A stretch of DNA of 64,000 nucleotides from Macrostomum lignano (Eukaryota). The position numbers were made by a program, and so were the translations under genes. The DNA lies in contig NIVC01002679.1 of NCBI GenBank assembly GCA_002269645.1, positions 62,001 through 126,000 on the forward strand, read 5' to 3'. The notes under the pieces were generated by a model that ran no database searches, was not told the DNA's origin, and saw only the letters and a list, made by a program, of their open reading frames with translations. Positions 52,762-64,000 of this stretch are shown piece after piece. Every line of letters begins with the position of its first letter. Position 1 is the stretch's first letter.

Positions 52762-53635
52762 CGACGCGTCGGCCGTTCAGGGACTAGCGGAATGGGCGCC
52801 CGCGCCTTCCCGCTGTGTCCCCTCCGGGACAGCCCTGCAGCTAAGTCAAGTAAGTCAAGTGCCTACTATTAATTTTCATAGATAAAAAATGCTTCTATTC
52901 ATTTTTTCTATCCATCCAATATATCGCGTTCGGTTCCGGGCGTCCAAAAAAATCAGAGTGTCAAAAATTTTGTGTTGTTTCATATATTTCTTAACCGCTA
53001 TGTAGCAAGTTGTCAACAGCTAGCAAGAATTCTCCTGGATAAATACGCCGAATTTGGGGGAACATCAATCAAATCATGTCGGCATAAAACAAAAACGACC
53101 CATTTACCGTAAGAGTTGAATAAGAATAGAAAAAACTTTTTGATAACATTAACTACTTGCAGTAGTGATGCTCGAGGAAGTACGTTTCGCTTTGGCTTTT
53201 GAACAAATGAAGAAACTTCCGGACCTATTAAAAGCGCAAGCCATCAAAAACTGGAAACTTGTCATAATTTCAAAGGGATTTGAGAGCAAGCTAGGTAAGA
53301 CATTAGGATCCGATTGATGCCATGGATACGAGTTAGAAGAATATAGCATTTTGGGTCGGCTCATTGGCCAAATCAATATTGGATGTAATTAATTAGCACA
53401 ATGCTTTCATAAGGCAGAAAGTCTAGCGATTGAGGTCTATTCCAGTAAATTTAGTAGGGCAAAACTTAGAAATGTGGTGTCCAAGGAGAGAATTTCAAAC
53501 TCAGTACAAGTAAATAGCACGAGCGTATAGAGAACACTAATTATTGCTGTCACAAACTTAGGCATTAGGTTTTTCGGTGCTATGTACTATTAATCCCAAT
53601 TCGCAAAAGTATATTCATAAAGTTATCACAATCAG

Positions 53636-55383
53636 TTAAGGCTTGTTCAGATCCTTGCAAAAACGGTTGCACTGGTGCGTGCCAAAGAACTCTTTGATGC
53701 CGTCCGCACCAAGGTTCGTTGGATGGTACCGTGTGACGTCCTTGCAGTGGATTGCCGGGTCAGTCATCCAGATCTGCGGCTTCGAGTTTCCGGACGACTT
53801 TCGGATGCAGCCCTGAAGTAGGATATGTGATGGTTTTGCTATACAGCAAATGCTGAAAAGTGTTATGAACAGATCAGTGCATGGTATAAAAAGAGAACAA
53901 CCTGAAGGTCCACAACGATCAGAAAGCCTTTAGTTGCGTTCCAAGTCCAGTGCGAGAATGCCGTGATGTAATCCAATACCTCGGGCTCAATTCCATACTT
54001 CTTCATCTCGTCAGCGCGCCTCTCCACAGTGTAGTTTAGGTTGTTTGTAAACTTCACAAACAGAGCGTCCTTCCCCATGAACTCTTCGCACGTCATTGTT
54101 CTGCTGGATGGTTGGCTGAGAACAAGCGTCTTTGTTGTAATGAACTTGATCTCGATACCGCTGGGCGTTGACTTACTGAACTCGGTGGCAAGAAAGGCTG
54201 CGATTGTTTGCACCTCGCATGACGAATTGCATCTGTCCAGGATTTTATCGTGCTTATTCATACTTTTTGGCTCTTTTAGTACCATTTGCTGGTCGGAAGA
54301 TGGACTGTCGCCAGAATAGTGCTCCCCAAAATCTGCCAACAGTGCATAAAACGCAAGCCTTTCTGCACCCTGGGCAAAAGGACTTTCGGATATCCTGACT
54401 TTTACGGAGCTGCCGTGCTCCTGTTTAATAGCTTTGTCGTCAATGATACAAGCAATTGAAGATGGAACAACAAACTCCAAAAAGTGGCCTACATTCACAG
54501 GCCTTTTTGACCAGTCTGGAATCTCCGGTTTCAACGCAACTTCAGGCAGATTTTTGGGGCAAGCGACCAACTTGGAATTTTCTACGTTTCGTTCGACTGA
54601 AGTGGCGATCGATTGAATAACCGATCCAGCTATCTGCTCAATTCCTGCCACTTCAAAGTGCTCAATTGTTCTACCGTAGGCGATGGCAAACTTGATCAGC
54701 ATTTGCGCTGTTGACTTGTTGATCTCTCCAAAGTAATAGTCGATTTTCAGTTTTTTTATTTTATCGAACAGATAATGCTCCGTGCGACCCTTTGGGTCCC
54801 CGTTCGGGTGGCTGTCACCGAGCTCGCTTGTATGATATTCATTTCCGTGGCACGGAGCGTCGCAGATGTGAAAAATGATCCGCGTGCCTGCGGTTTCTGA
54901 CCAGTTGAGTTTCGTGGTGGCCTCCAACCCCCCGAACACGTCTTCCGGTGCGTCACCTCCGCCTGTAGCAGCAATTTTTTCCAGAAAGCTGACGCACTGT
55001 TGGCTGTTTTCGCTGAAGTCGAATACTTCAAGCGGAACAGAATCGGTCAAGTCTCGGTAGGCTACAACGGCAAACCGGATCTTCTCAACAGTCGCCTGAT
55101 TTTGCTGGCTGCGAACTAGAGTGTTCACTATCTTCTTTATGCTGTCCTTTGTTCCAGCAATGTGCCCAGCCATACTGCCAGTGGCGTCGAGTAGAAAGCA
55201 CATGTCGACACTCCTCGATTGCTTTATTTGGCTCATGGTCTTTTTAATATTGTCCTGCGTGATGGCCAGCGCCAGCTTGAAGCGTCTGACTTGCTCTTCT
55301 TCATCTGTGGGGTCAAGACCAAACTCCACCCCTCCGTTCTCGCAAATGTTGCGCAGTCTCTTGTTTAGCCGACTTAGGTCCAT
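53636..55383 (-). CDS. vWA domain-alpha-kinase (VwkA/eEF2K-family kinase domain), 552 aa; exons 55383-53902 and 53812-53636
   Basis: vWA: VDMCFLLDATGSM (MIDAS) and GGGDAPEDVFGGL. Kinase: PFAQGAER, VLKE, FVKFTNN, AFSHWTW, VVDLQ|G, TDPAIH, NLG..GI..FF.THQCN.FC. Confidence 0.93.
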
Positions 55384-57412
55384 ATTTTTACTTTTTGGAA
55401 TTAGTTTCCAAAAGCTTGGGGCAAAAAGTCGTGTCCTTTGTCTGCTTTGTGAGTTAAAACTAATGCGATATGAAATTTAAAGGATATACGCTCGTAATAA
55501 CGGACAGGCCATGCTAAGATTTGGATTAAAATTATTTGACTGTACGCTTTGACTTTTTGCTTTAACTGTACTTTCTGACTGTACGTTTTGTTCTAGGAAG
55601 AGTAGGATTTGACTTTATGAGATGAAGAGCGAAAGAGAGGGACCGCACTTTCGTCCCCTTAGCAATTGTACAATCAAGGTAATGAGACTCTGAAGCCGTC
55701 CATTAGGATACAGAGACAGGAATTTAGCAACGCAGAACTTTGCAAAGAATTTCTAGGAAATAGATGAGTCAATTGCTAGAATTTCTTGGAAATAGATGAA
55801 TCAATTGCTAGACTTTCTTGGAAAAAGCTGCTGTACGAGCTGTTGTACGCCATTGTGGGACTTGTGTGCGTTTCGTCCATTCATAGGAAATGACCAATCG
55901 CACATAGAAGGCAAATAATTTTTATAAAATGCGGGAGAAGCGAACTGGAAAGTCCAGTATCTTTGAATTGCACAGCATTGCACACGAAACCAAATTTTAA
56001 CTACGCCAAAAGATTCAAGACGTTTTCCAGGAAAGACGAACCAGTACTAATCGAGTACTTTCGCGACTAGTTTTCCAAAACTGTTATTGACGGTGTTTGG
56101 GCTACATAAATTTATTTGTTTGGGACCATCAAGACTCGGGATAAAACCAGGTATGTCAGTATGTGACTGTAATATTGACGAGTTCAATTCATAAACTGTA
56201 CAGCTATAAATCATATAAAAGTGCATATGTAGCTGCATGCTGTATAGCTATAAGTTTCATGGGCGCATTCAGACGATTCTGGATCGGGATCCAGTTAGGG
56301 GCCAACTAAATACTGGAATCGGGACAAGCTGATGGGAAGTTGCTGAGATGTCAAGGCTCATGGAGGCTATTGCTGAAATGCTGTGGCTCATGAGTTGCGT
56401 CAGATGCTTTGAGCCAAAGCTCATAGGGGATGCTGATATCTTAGGCTAGATAGCTGGCTTTCACTTTCAGGGCTGATGCTTTTTTGGTTTAAAGATCATT
56501 TTTCTTAAGAAACTAACAATAGTGATTGTACAAGGTCATATCCTACGAGCTACATGTAGCTTATTTAATTTTTGTTTCTTCTCAAACGGGCGACGCAGAT
56601 TGCTAGTACCTTGATAAAGTTCGACCATAGACAAAATTTCCTAAACCACACGCACTATATTGATAATTGCATGCATGCTTCGGACAGAGAAGTCTATAGG
56701 CCTAATAAATATAGCATTTCCGGTCGGACATTCATTCCCAGGTCTCTATGGATGCGTCCCTGCTAACTTTCTCTTTTAGTTTTGATTAACACCAATGCAT
56801 AAAGACACGGTGGCCATGTCCAGCATAACAAGATGTACTATACTTTGACTTAGCTGCAAGGGGCTCAGGGTACAGCGGGGAGGCGTTGACGAACATTCTG
56901 CTAACCACTCGCGACCCCTGGCCGCAGCGTCGTACAAGGAGATCCGGTGGGTGCCGGCGTCCGCAGTGCGGTCCACCTCCACGCTCGCCCGTTAGCCCTT
57001 AGGTAGAAATTATCAAGCCTGAAAACGTTGTTGGAAACGTCCGGGTTGGGGCCGAGGTAGGTGAGCCTGTCCTGAATAAAGGCAGGGCATTCACAGTTGA
57101 AGTTACTTTGACTTCATCCCAGCACCTGGGAGGCAGAAGATGTGCTTTAGCTCGTAAGACATAAATCAAAGAGACACGCATAGCTAAATGGGTAAGGGTC
57201 TTGGGTGAGGGAAGGAACTGGATTTTTTAACTGAAACCTTTTGAGTATAGATTTTAAAAATAATTTCCCTCAATTTCATTGACTCCACTTTACTCATGGT
57301 TTATATAGTACATTAAAAATAGCCTCCTCTTTGCTGATAACCAAGCAATTATGCTCGTAATATCAACTCATTACTTCAGCATTCATCCTCATTGCAGACT
57401 TCATCGTATGCT

Positions 57413-59234
57413 ATGTTGTCCATTAATGAACGAATTCGGTGGATCTTCGAGCAGAGCGAGCTGGGATACGGAAGGCCCACCGAGAATGAGGAGGAGCTCG
57501 TCCGCCGCTTCCAAATTGCAATTCAACTGCGAAATCAGAAAGTTCAGCAGCTTTTAAAAGAAGAAGAGCGAAAGGCGAAAGTTCTGACTGATTTCAGGCA
57601 TCGCAACTCAATTCGAAAAGCTATCCTTGCATTGTCGCGGAAAACCAAACACTCTGAGCAAAAAATTTCTACTGCCGTGTTAGTGGCGGCTGTATTTTAT
57701 AGGAAACAGGGCTATCAAGTGATCACCTGTACATCTGACATTCAAGACATTCTGGACCTAGTAGACAGTCCAAGAAGTACTCTTATGCGTGGATGTTCAT
57801 CGGTTTCTTTAGTGGACGAGTTCGAGGGGATGAACTTTTCCGAATGGGTTTGTCAAGAGATGCACGAAGCGATTTCTAGCTTGAAAGCTGTCGTTCACTT
57901 CACGGACAAGTCACAGAATTTCAATCCAGCATCAAAAGCAATTGAGGACAGTGCGTCAATAGTTGGTGACAGCTTCCGTCAGAAGAATCTGAGTTACTAC
58001 TGGGTCCCTATCAGTAGGGATGAAAAAGTTTTAACTGTACTCAAGAAACACTTCGTCGGCATGGAAGCCATTGAATTGAGGAGCAGTGACGCCCTAGTAG
58101 AAAAAATTCTTCAAGATGCGTACAGGCGGTTCCGCAATGCCCAAGTTGAAATCTGCGGTATTCCAAATTTCACCGTAGCGACTGCGACCCCCGATTTGGG
58201 CGCTCCGGATTGGAAGGATGCGGCTGCAGAAGACTTTCAGTACCATGCTATTGGCGTGCCGGCTTCAATACAGAGCATCGTTGACGGTTCCGAACTCAGC
58301 CGAACCGTCTTCAGCGTGCAAGTGAAGAAATCTGCCCGTCCCTTCGCGCTACAAGGACTGGTTGCGGAGTACTTTGCGCTACTCAAAGAGGGAGAAGCGG
58401 CATGGCACAAAGCAACTGTGCGAGAGTTCCTTGTATCCGACTTAAAAAATACGTTCAAGCAGCCTTTCGTTCTTCTCAATACTTGCGAGATTCTTCAGGT
58501 AGCGACGTTTTTATTTCAGGAGTTCAACAGGTTGAATAAAATCGTACGAGTCGTCAAGCCCTTCACGACTGCCGTCATCATTCCAAGGACGCGACGTGCA
58601 GGACTCGATCCAGCACTGCTATGCCCATTTCGATTTGAGAAGAAGCTCGCGGGAGCCAATCAATTTGAAATAATTGACGACGACTGGAATCCAGGTGAAG
58701 TGACGTCAGCTAACCCAGTTGAATCTGATTGCAGAGGTGCCGCTGGTACTGGAAACTCGTCCTCTAAGCAAGCGTCCTCAGGCAACCCTGAAAAGCACTG
58801 TTTCTCCGCTTCTCAACGATTCAAGCTAGTAGATCCAAACATGCCCGTTCTTGACTGTTTTGCGCACTGGACACATGCTATCACTGGCGGCTATTTGCTA
58901 GTGGAAGGTCTTGAGGTCTGTTAACACGCAAACACGCGTCAATTTTTAAGATTCAATAGCATATGTACGAGCTACAAGCGTACTTTTACTTTATATTCCG
59001 AAGCATAGCCTGAAAAACACCTGACTTTTGTAGATATTCACGCGCTGCTCCAAGACGTTGTCGGACGAAGCAAGCGAGGCCCTGATAAAAAGCGCGAAGA
59101 TTCACTGCTCAGACGTCACTCGCTTTTTGCCTTGGAACTTAGGCAAATCCGGCATCCGGAGATACCTTCAGAAGCACGAGTGCAACGACTTGTGCAAGAA
59201 GATGGGACTGCGAAGGGTGTTTATGAGCATGTAA
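57413..59234 (+). CDS. Degenerate vWA-alpha-kinase paralogue (predicted pseudokinase), 567 aa; exons 57413-58915 and 59034-59234
   Basis: Colinear with the gene at 53636-55383 and has the same phase-0 intron position. Keeps FAHWT and IHCSDVTR..WNLG..GI...HECNDLC, but DLQG is replaced by GLEI, TDP by KSA and VLKE by TVRE. Confidence 0.85.
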
Positions 59235-60008
59235 ACCGTTTATGAATGGCTTTTGAGCGACTTCCTGTTTTTTGTAATGCAGATTGATTTAGACACCACT
59301 AATAATAGCAGTAGCAATTTTCGTAGAATCATAAAATATCCCTTATCCAAAGTTGATGGCTTTATTAACGAAACAAATCGGTTGCCGGTTATTACTTTAC
59401 TTTATTTAGTAGCTTAGGTAGTGTTTGCTTGCACGGGAGTCTCTGAAAAAGCGGAGTTTTGGTTTTGGTTTCATTTTTGCATGGTTCGGTTCTAAACCAC
59501 TCCAAAGTTAGAAACTAAAGTCCTAGCGTATGCAAACTAGATGTCGCGATTTTCCATTAATTATTTTCAATTCTAGCGCTAGAGAGAACCGGATGCCGCG
59601 TAAATAATTTTGTTTGATTGACGCACTCGCACTTCTTGTTAAACTTTTATATACTTTCTTCTATCTTTTATTCTAGCAAACAAGGTTTTGGAAACATTTT
59701 TTGAAACCTTAGAACCTTGATTTAGAAAAAAAACCTGCTCGCAAAAAAAATCTGTTCGTAAATTCCAGTTTTTAAAGTTACTTTGGAAGAATATGTTACT
59801 CTACGAACAGACATCAAATTTTATACCCCTACTAGAAGGAGGAGGATCGGGTGTTGTGTCTTCCGTTGAGTATATACTCATATAAATTGATTTCACTAAA
59901 ATATTTTTATCCAATCTTTGCTTCAATCTTCAATAAATGGAAACTACTTTATTCACAATGAGCTGTGCTTAAGAGATGTTTATATGGTTTGGCATCCCGT
60001 GTTTTAAG

Positions 60009-60141
60009 TGATCCAACTGCCGCTAAGAGGTTCCAAGAGGTATCCGAGGCCTATGAGGTCTTGTCTGACGAGTCCAATCGTAAACAGTACGAGTCCCTGC
60101 ACGCAAACTTATTCAGTAACAGTAAAAAGGATTTATATTAA
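60009..60141 (+). pseudogene. Isolated DnaJ J-domain fragment (helices III-IV)
   Basis: DPTAAKRFQEVSEAYEVLSDESNRKQYE. An out-of-frame WHP (tggcatccc) lies just upstream, and no other DnaJ exons were recognised. Confidence 0.6.
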
Positions 60142-60169
60142 AGTACATTTTTGTCAGCGTTATTGTTTT

Positions 60170-61270
60170 TGTGGTTTTTGCTGTAGTTGTTGTTCTTTTT
60201 GCTGTTATTTTTGTTGTTGTTGGCACCAATCAGTTTGCATCAAAAGCAGCAACACCATGTCGCCGAGCGAGAAGAAATCAGACAGGCGCTCAACTCCGTT
60301 GGTCCCACTGAAATTGTCCCGAAAGCTCGCCACAGAGTCAACAGACGTCGCCGATGGCGGTGCCAGTGCGGTTCCGATAGTAGGCCGGTAGACTCCGGGC
60401 AGTGGCCTGCCCTGGTCTGCGAGACCAGGCTTTGCTGTTTGACAGGACCATTGTGGTGTGTCACTGGAGCGCCAAAGACGTCCAGGAGGTGGCCCTAGCT
60501 CTAGAAAGTAGGTTGAAACTTGTGATAGTGCCGCGGATTCTCTCCTTGGCAGCTGCGAGAGTGATGGAAACTTAGTATTGGGGGAGACTGGCAGAGTGCT
60601 TGACTTCGGTGTCGATCAACTTCTGTGCACCCAGAGTGTCCATGCAGGAACCTAATGCAAGGTCATCTTAGTTGAACGCAAAGCTTGAATCAGGAGCAGC
60701 TTGACTTCCTCCAGGAAGGTTTAGTCGTCGGGTGGTCGGAGGGAATGGCTGTCGGTAAAGGATGGTGGCGTTGCTGGGCGCGGTGGTAATGAGATACTGA
60801 AGAGCCATGAGCCAGATGGTGATGAGCTTCGATTTAAAGTAACTGCAACAGCGGCCAGCCGCGGTGTGCCCCCCCCCGGATTATGGAGCAGCCGGAACGG
60901 TCAGTGTGGATCCAGGCCGAGCCGTACCATTCTCCGGGCACCGAGCCGTCAGCCCAACAACCATGCACTGGAGACTAGAAGACAGCATTCTGTTTTGGAC
61001 TGATTGATGTCGATGAGCAGGTGGGAGCTGCCCATTCATTAACCTTGTCGAGAGCTGCTTGGAAACGACCTTAGAGGTCACTCAGGTTGCAGATTGACAG
61101 GACGTCATCATCTGTAGGTCGTCCGCTGTAGTCCACTGAGCGGTCTGGAGCCGGACCAGGCATTACATATACAACAGTAAAAAACCGGCGAGCTTCCGCC
61201 TTCGCAGCCACGTCCACTTCTTCATTACCACTGAGGCCGCAGTGTGCTGCAGGACCCAGCAAATGGTCCG
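60170..61270 (-). mobile_element. Decayed 3' part of an RNase H-containing non-LTR retrotransposon
   Basis: Minus strand gives CWV.AAHCGLSGNEEVDVAAK (RNase H end), SQTRAGHCP and C..C motifs, with frameshifts. A (CAA)-rich tail lies at about 60170-60230. Confidence 0.6.
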
Positions 61271-64000
61271 CGCTCGTACTTAACCCATCTCAATGATAGT
61301 TTGTATTGTTCTGTGTACGATCGTATTTCGTTCGCCAATGGGTAATTAGCTTTCTTACTGTTGATAAGCTGGAGGCTGCTCCGATTGTCGGTTGTGATAC
61401 ATACATATGTATTCTCTAACCTTTAAACTCCAGGTCCATCCTAGCTGGCTGCTATAGAAATGTTACATGCATTTTACTCAAATTACATTTACAGGTGCTT
61501 CAGCTTCGACGAGTATTTCTATGATGGTACATATATGTACATATAAAAGTATATGAGCTAGGTTTAAGCACATGCGCGTACAGGCAATCCGACTTCGGAC
61601 AACGTACTTTTGTATTATGTACTTTTATATTACATCGACAGATAACAAACGTCATCCGTCGCCTGAAAACACTTACAGCAGTATATGTTACGTGTAGCCT
61701 GCAATTCTTTACATCCGGTCCAAGATTCTCTTAGGGCATAAAGAGTTGCAATGATTTTGGCTGGCGTGCGCAAATATCAATAAGAAAGGGCGCCCTCCCC
61801 AAAAGTCCGTCGTCCTAGAAAGAAATGTTTGCTTTGAACCCAATCATGCGATCATATTTTTAAGACTTCGCGCGGCCCAGCACGATGTGATAATCCCTCA
61901 GTTAAAAGGACCTCCTGTTAGCTGCACCACTTCGGTAATCGTTAAATTATGCAGCAGAATATTTATTAACAGTGGTTTACCGTGAGTTAATATAAATATT
62001 ATCTAGATAATGTACGTATGAAGTATGTAGGTAGGAGTACCCTACATAAGATTACCAATCAAATAATTATTAAACAAAGACTAAAACTTTTATAAAAGAC
62101 TAAAATTGCAGAATAAACTATGGTGGATGAGAGGACTGTATTTTTCATCTTTGTTGAAGGTTTACAAAGGTTATAACGGTAAATAACGAGGCTTCGCAAT
62201 TAAAAAAGAAAATATTTTAAATATTTCTTTTATTAGAAGCTCACAGAATTTACTTCGTTCGTTCAGCCAATAAAGTTGTTTTGAATAAGGTATGTATCAC
62301 ACGACACTTACAATACACTTTCACAGCAGAACCATAGAATATGCTACTATTGTTATCAACCTTTTGATTTCATAATTGTTTTACCTCTTGTTTCAATTCA
62401 TTTCAATTTAGTAACTTGAAGATAAAGTTAACTAAATATAGTAAAAATAAGTTCTGAGCTAGTTTTTCTTCAATTAGCACCCAGATCTCTAATTTAATAT
62501 TTGGATTAGATTGATAGGGCATATAAAAAGTAGAAGGAATTATACAAACATTGCTTTGGGGCGATGCAGTTATACAATTTATAAGGTCTTAAGAGTATTT
62601 AATTTAGGTTAAATGCTTTTTTTGGCTTTGCTCAGTTACTGTTATCATCAGAATTTTTAATTAAAATGTGAGTTCGAATAGCATCGTAATAAACTATTTA
62701 AAGTTGTAATGACAAATGATACTATTATTGCTTAATGAAATCATAAATTTGTTGTTCTTTGCCAACTTTGCTATATAGTATAAAGAGCCAGCTAGCTAGG
62801 GGCCTAGAATTTTGACCAATTGAAACAAGCTTTTTAGAATTTATATGAGTTAAATACTACCCTTTATTGTTCTAGATACAGAACAATTTTACCAACATAA
62901 TTTTACAAATCTTTATAGTATAGTGTATACTTGTATATCTCATATCATATATAGTATCAAATGTTTTAAAATCATTAAATGACATTGTATAGTTGATGTA
63001 TCAATTAAATGTAGAATACTAAAAGCATATAGGAATCGAAATCATATATATTATATTAGCCACTAATGTTAAGATTCATAAGATAAAAAAGTGCATTATA
63101 TTTTTTTAGCATGGAATATATATATTTTATTCTATAACCCTAGAAATTATCTTGGCCATTTATGCTTTTTAGCTTTGTGAAATATATTATAAATTTTTAT
63201 AAACTATATAGTAATAGAAATACACAATTAGCTAGGCTAGAAGTTTTTTAGGATATTGGTTGCAGGTTGCCAAAAAGATACTTTTGTTTAATTATATAAT
63301 TGTATTATATATGCTTTTATTTAGTTTAGTTTCCTCAGGTATTCTTATTTTGAACTTAACTATTTAAAAATATGTTCAGATTTTTTGGGATTCCAGTTTT
63401 GTTGGTGGGATCCTAAGTTTTCAAGATTATAGGATTGGGATCCCTATCTATTCCTCTAGCCTATTCAAATAGCATATGTTCAATAGCATTGGCTAGCATC
63501 ATTGATGATAATAATAGTCTCTGTCTTATCTTTAAGCATATATAGAGGTCAGGATCAACATTTTTAGTATTAGGCAGGATTGGGATCCCAATTTTTGCTA
63601 AGATCCCAGAATTTTATGTCCTAGACCTATCTCTAGTCATTACCCTCTTATTCCTTATACTATACTATATATGCGGTTATATAATTATAAAAATCTATAT
63701 TATAAATTTATACGCTGGTTACATTTCTTAAGATTTCAAATCTTAAGATTTTATTTAATGCCAATTGGCAACTATTTATTTGTTAACTGAGAAATTTGGG
63801 CTAAAATGATATCATTGGCATATTTTTAGCTGCAAGTTTTCTATTGGTAAGGGAAACATCTTTACTATAATGAGAACTATTATCTTATACCTTAAAAACC
63901 AATAGCTAATTGCTAGTAGAAACTAGAAAGGCAGCTTAATTTACAAATTGATGTTAAAATACTTTACTTTAAAACTTTCAGTGCACCAATGGCATCCTAA

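Larger units (their letters stand above)
46961..52858 (+). mobile_element. Full-length non-LTR retrotransposon (APE-RT-RNase H-zinc knuckle; probably R1/LOA-group)
   Basis: 12-bp TSD gtgcctactatt at 46949-46960 and 52859-52870; two ORFs; 3' tail taagtcaag x2. Confidence 0.95.

Noticed and set aside
61400-64000. Search for genes in the AT-rich right end
   Set aside because: No ORFs of 60 aa or more, no RNA gene motifs and no clear repeats; ordinary intergenic DNA.

Overview
Eukaryotic (metazoan) genomic DNA with spliceosomal introns. GC-rich exons, introns packed with minisatellites and the gene content suggest a free-living flatworm such as Macrostomum; this is inference only. From left to right: the last exon of SEPSECS, then ATP23 and HSCB (HSC20), all three on the + strand. 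Next is a complete 10-exon Notch-family receptor on the - strand (39256->10736, about 1668 aa, about 18 EGF repeats, 3 LNR, TM, RAM, ANK, PEST). A full-length 5.9-kb APE/RT/RNase H non-LTR retrotransposon follows, with a 12-bp TSD and a predicted HDV-like ribozyme that starts exactly at its 5' end. Then comes a head-to-head pair made of a catalytically intact vWA-alpha-kinase and a colinear, catalytically dead paralogue, followed by an orphan J-domain fragment and a decayed LINE. tRNA-derived SINEs, a MITE and more than 20 tandem arrays fill the rest. No CRISPR array, rRNA or genuine tRNA gene was found. At least four single-base frame breaks in otherwise intact ORFs look like long-read deletion errors. 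All homology calls come from motif recognition by eye; no database search was run.
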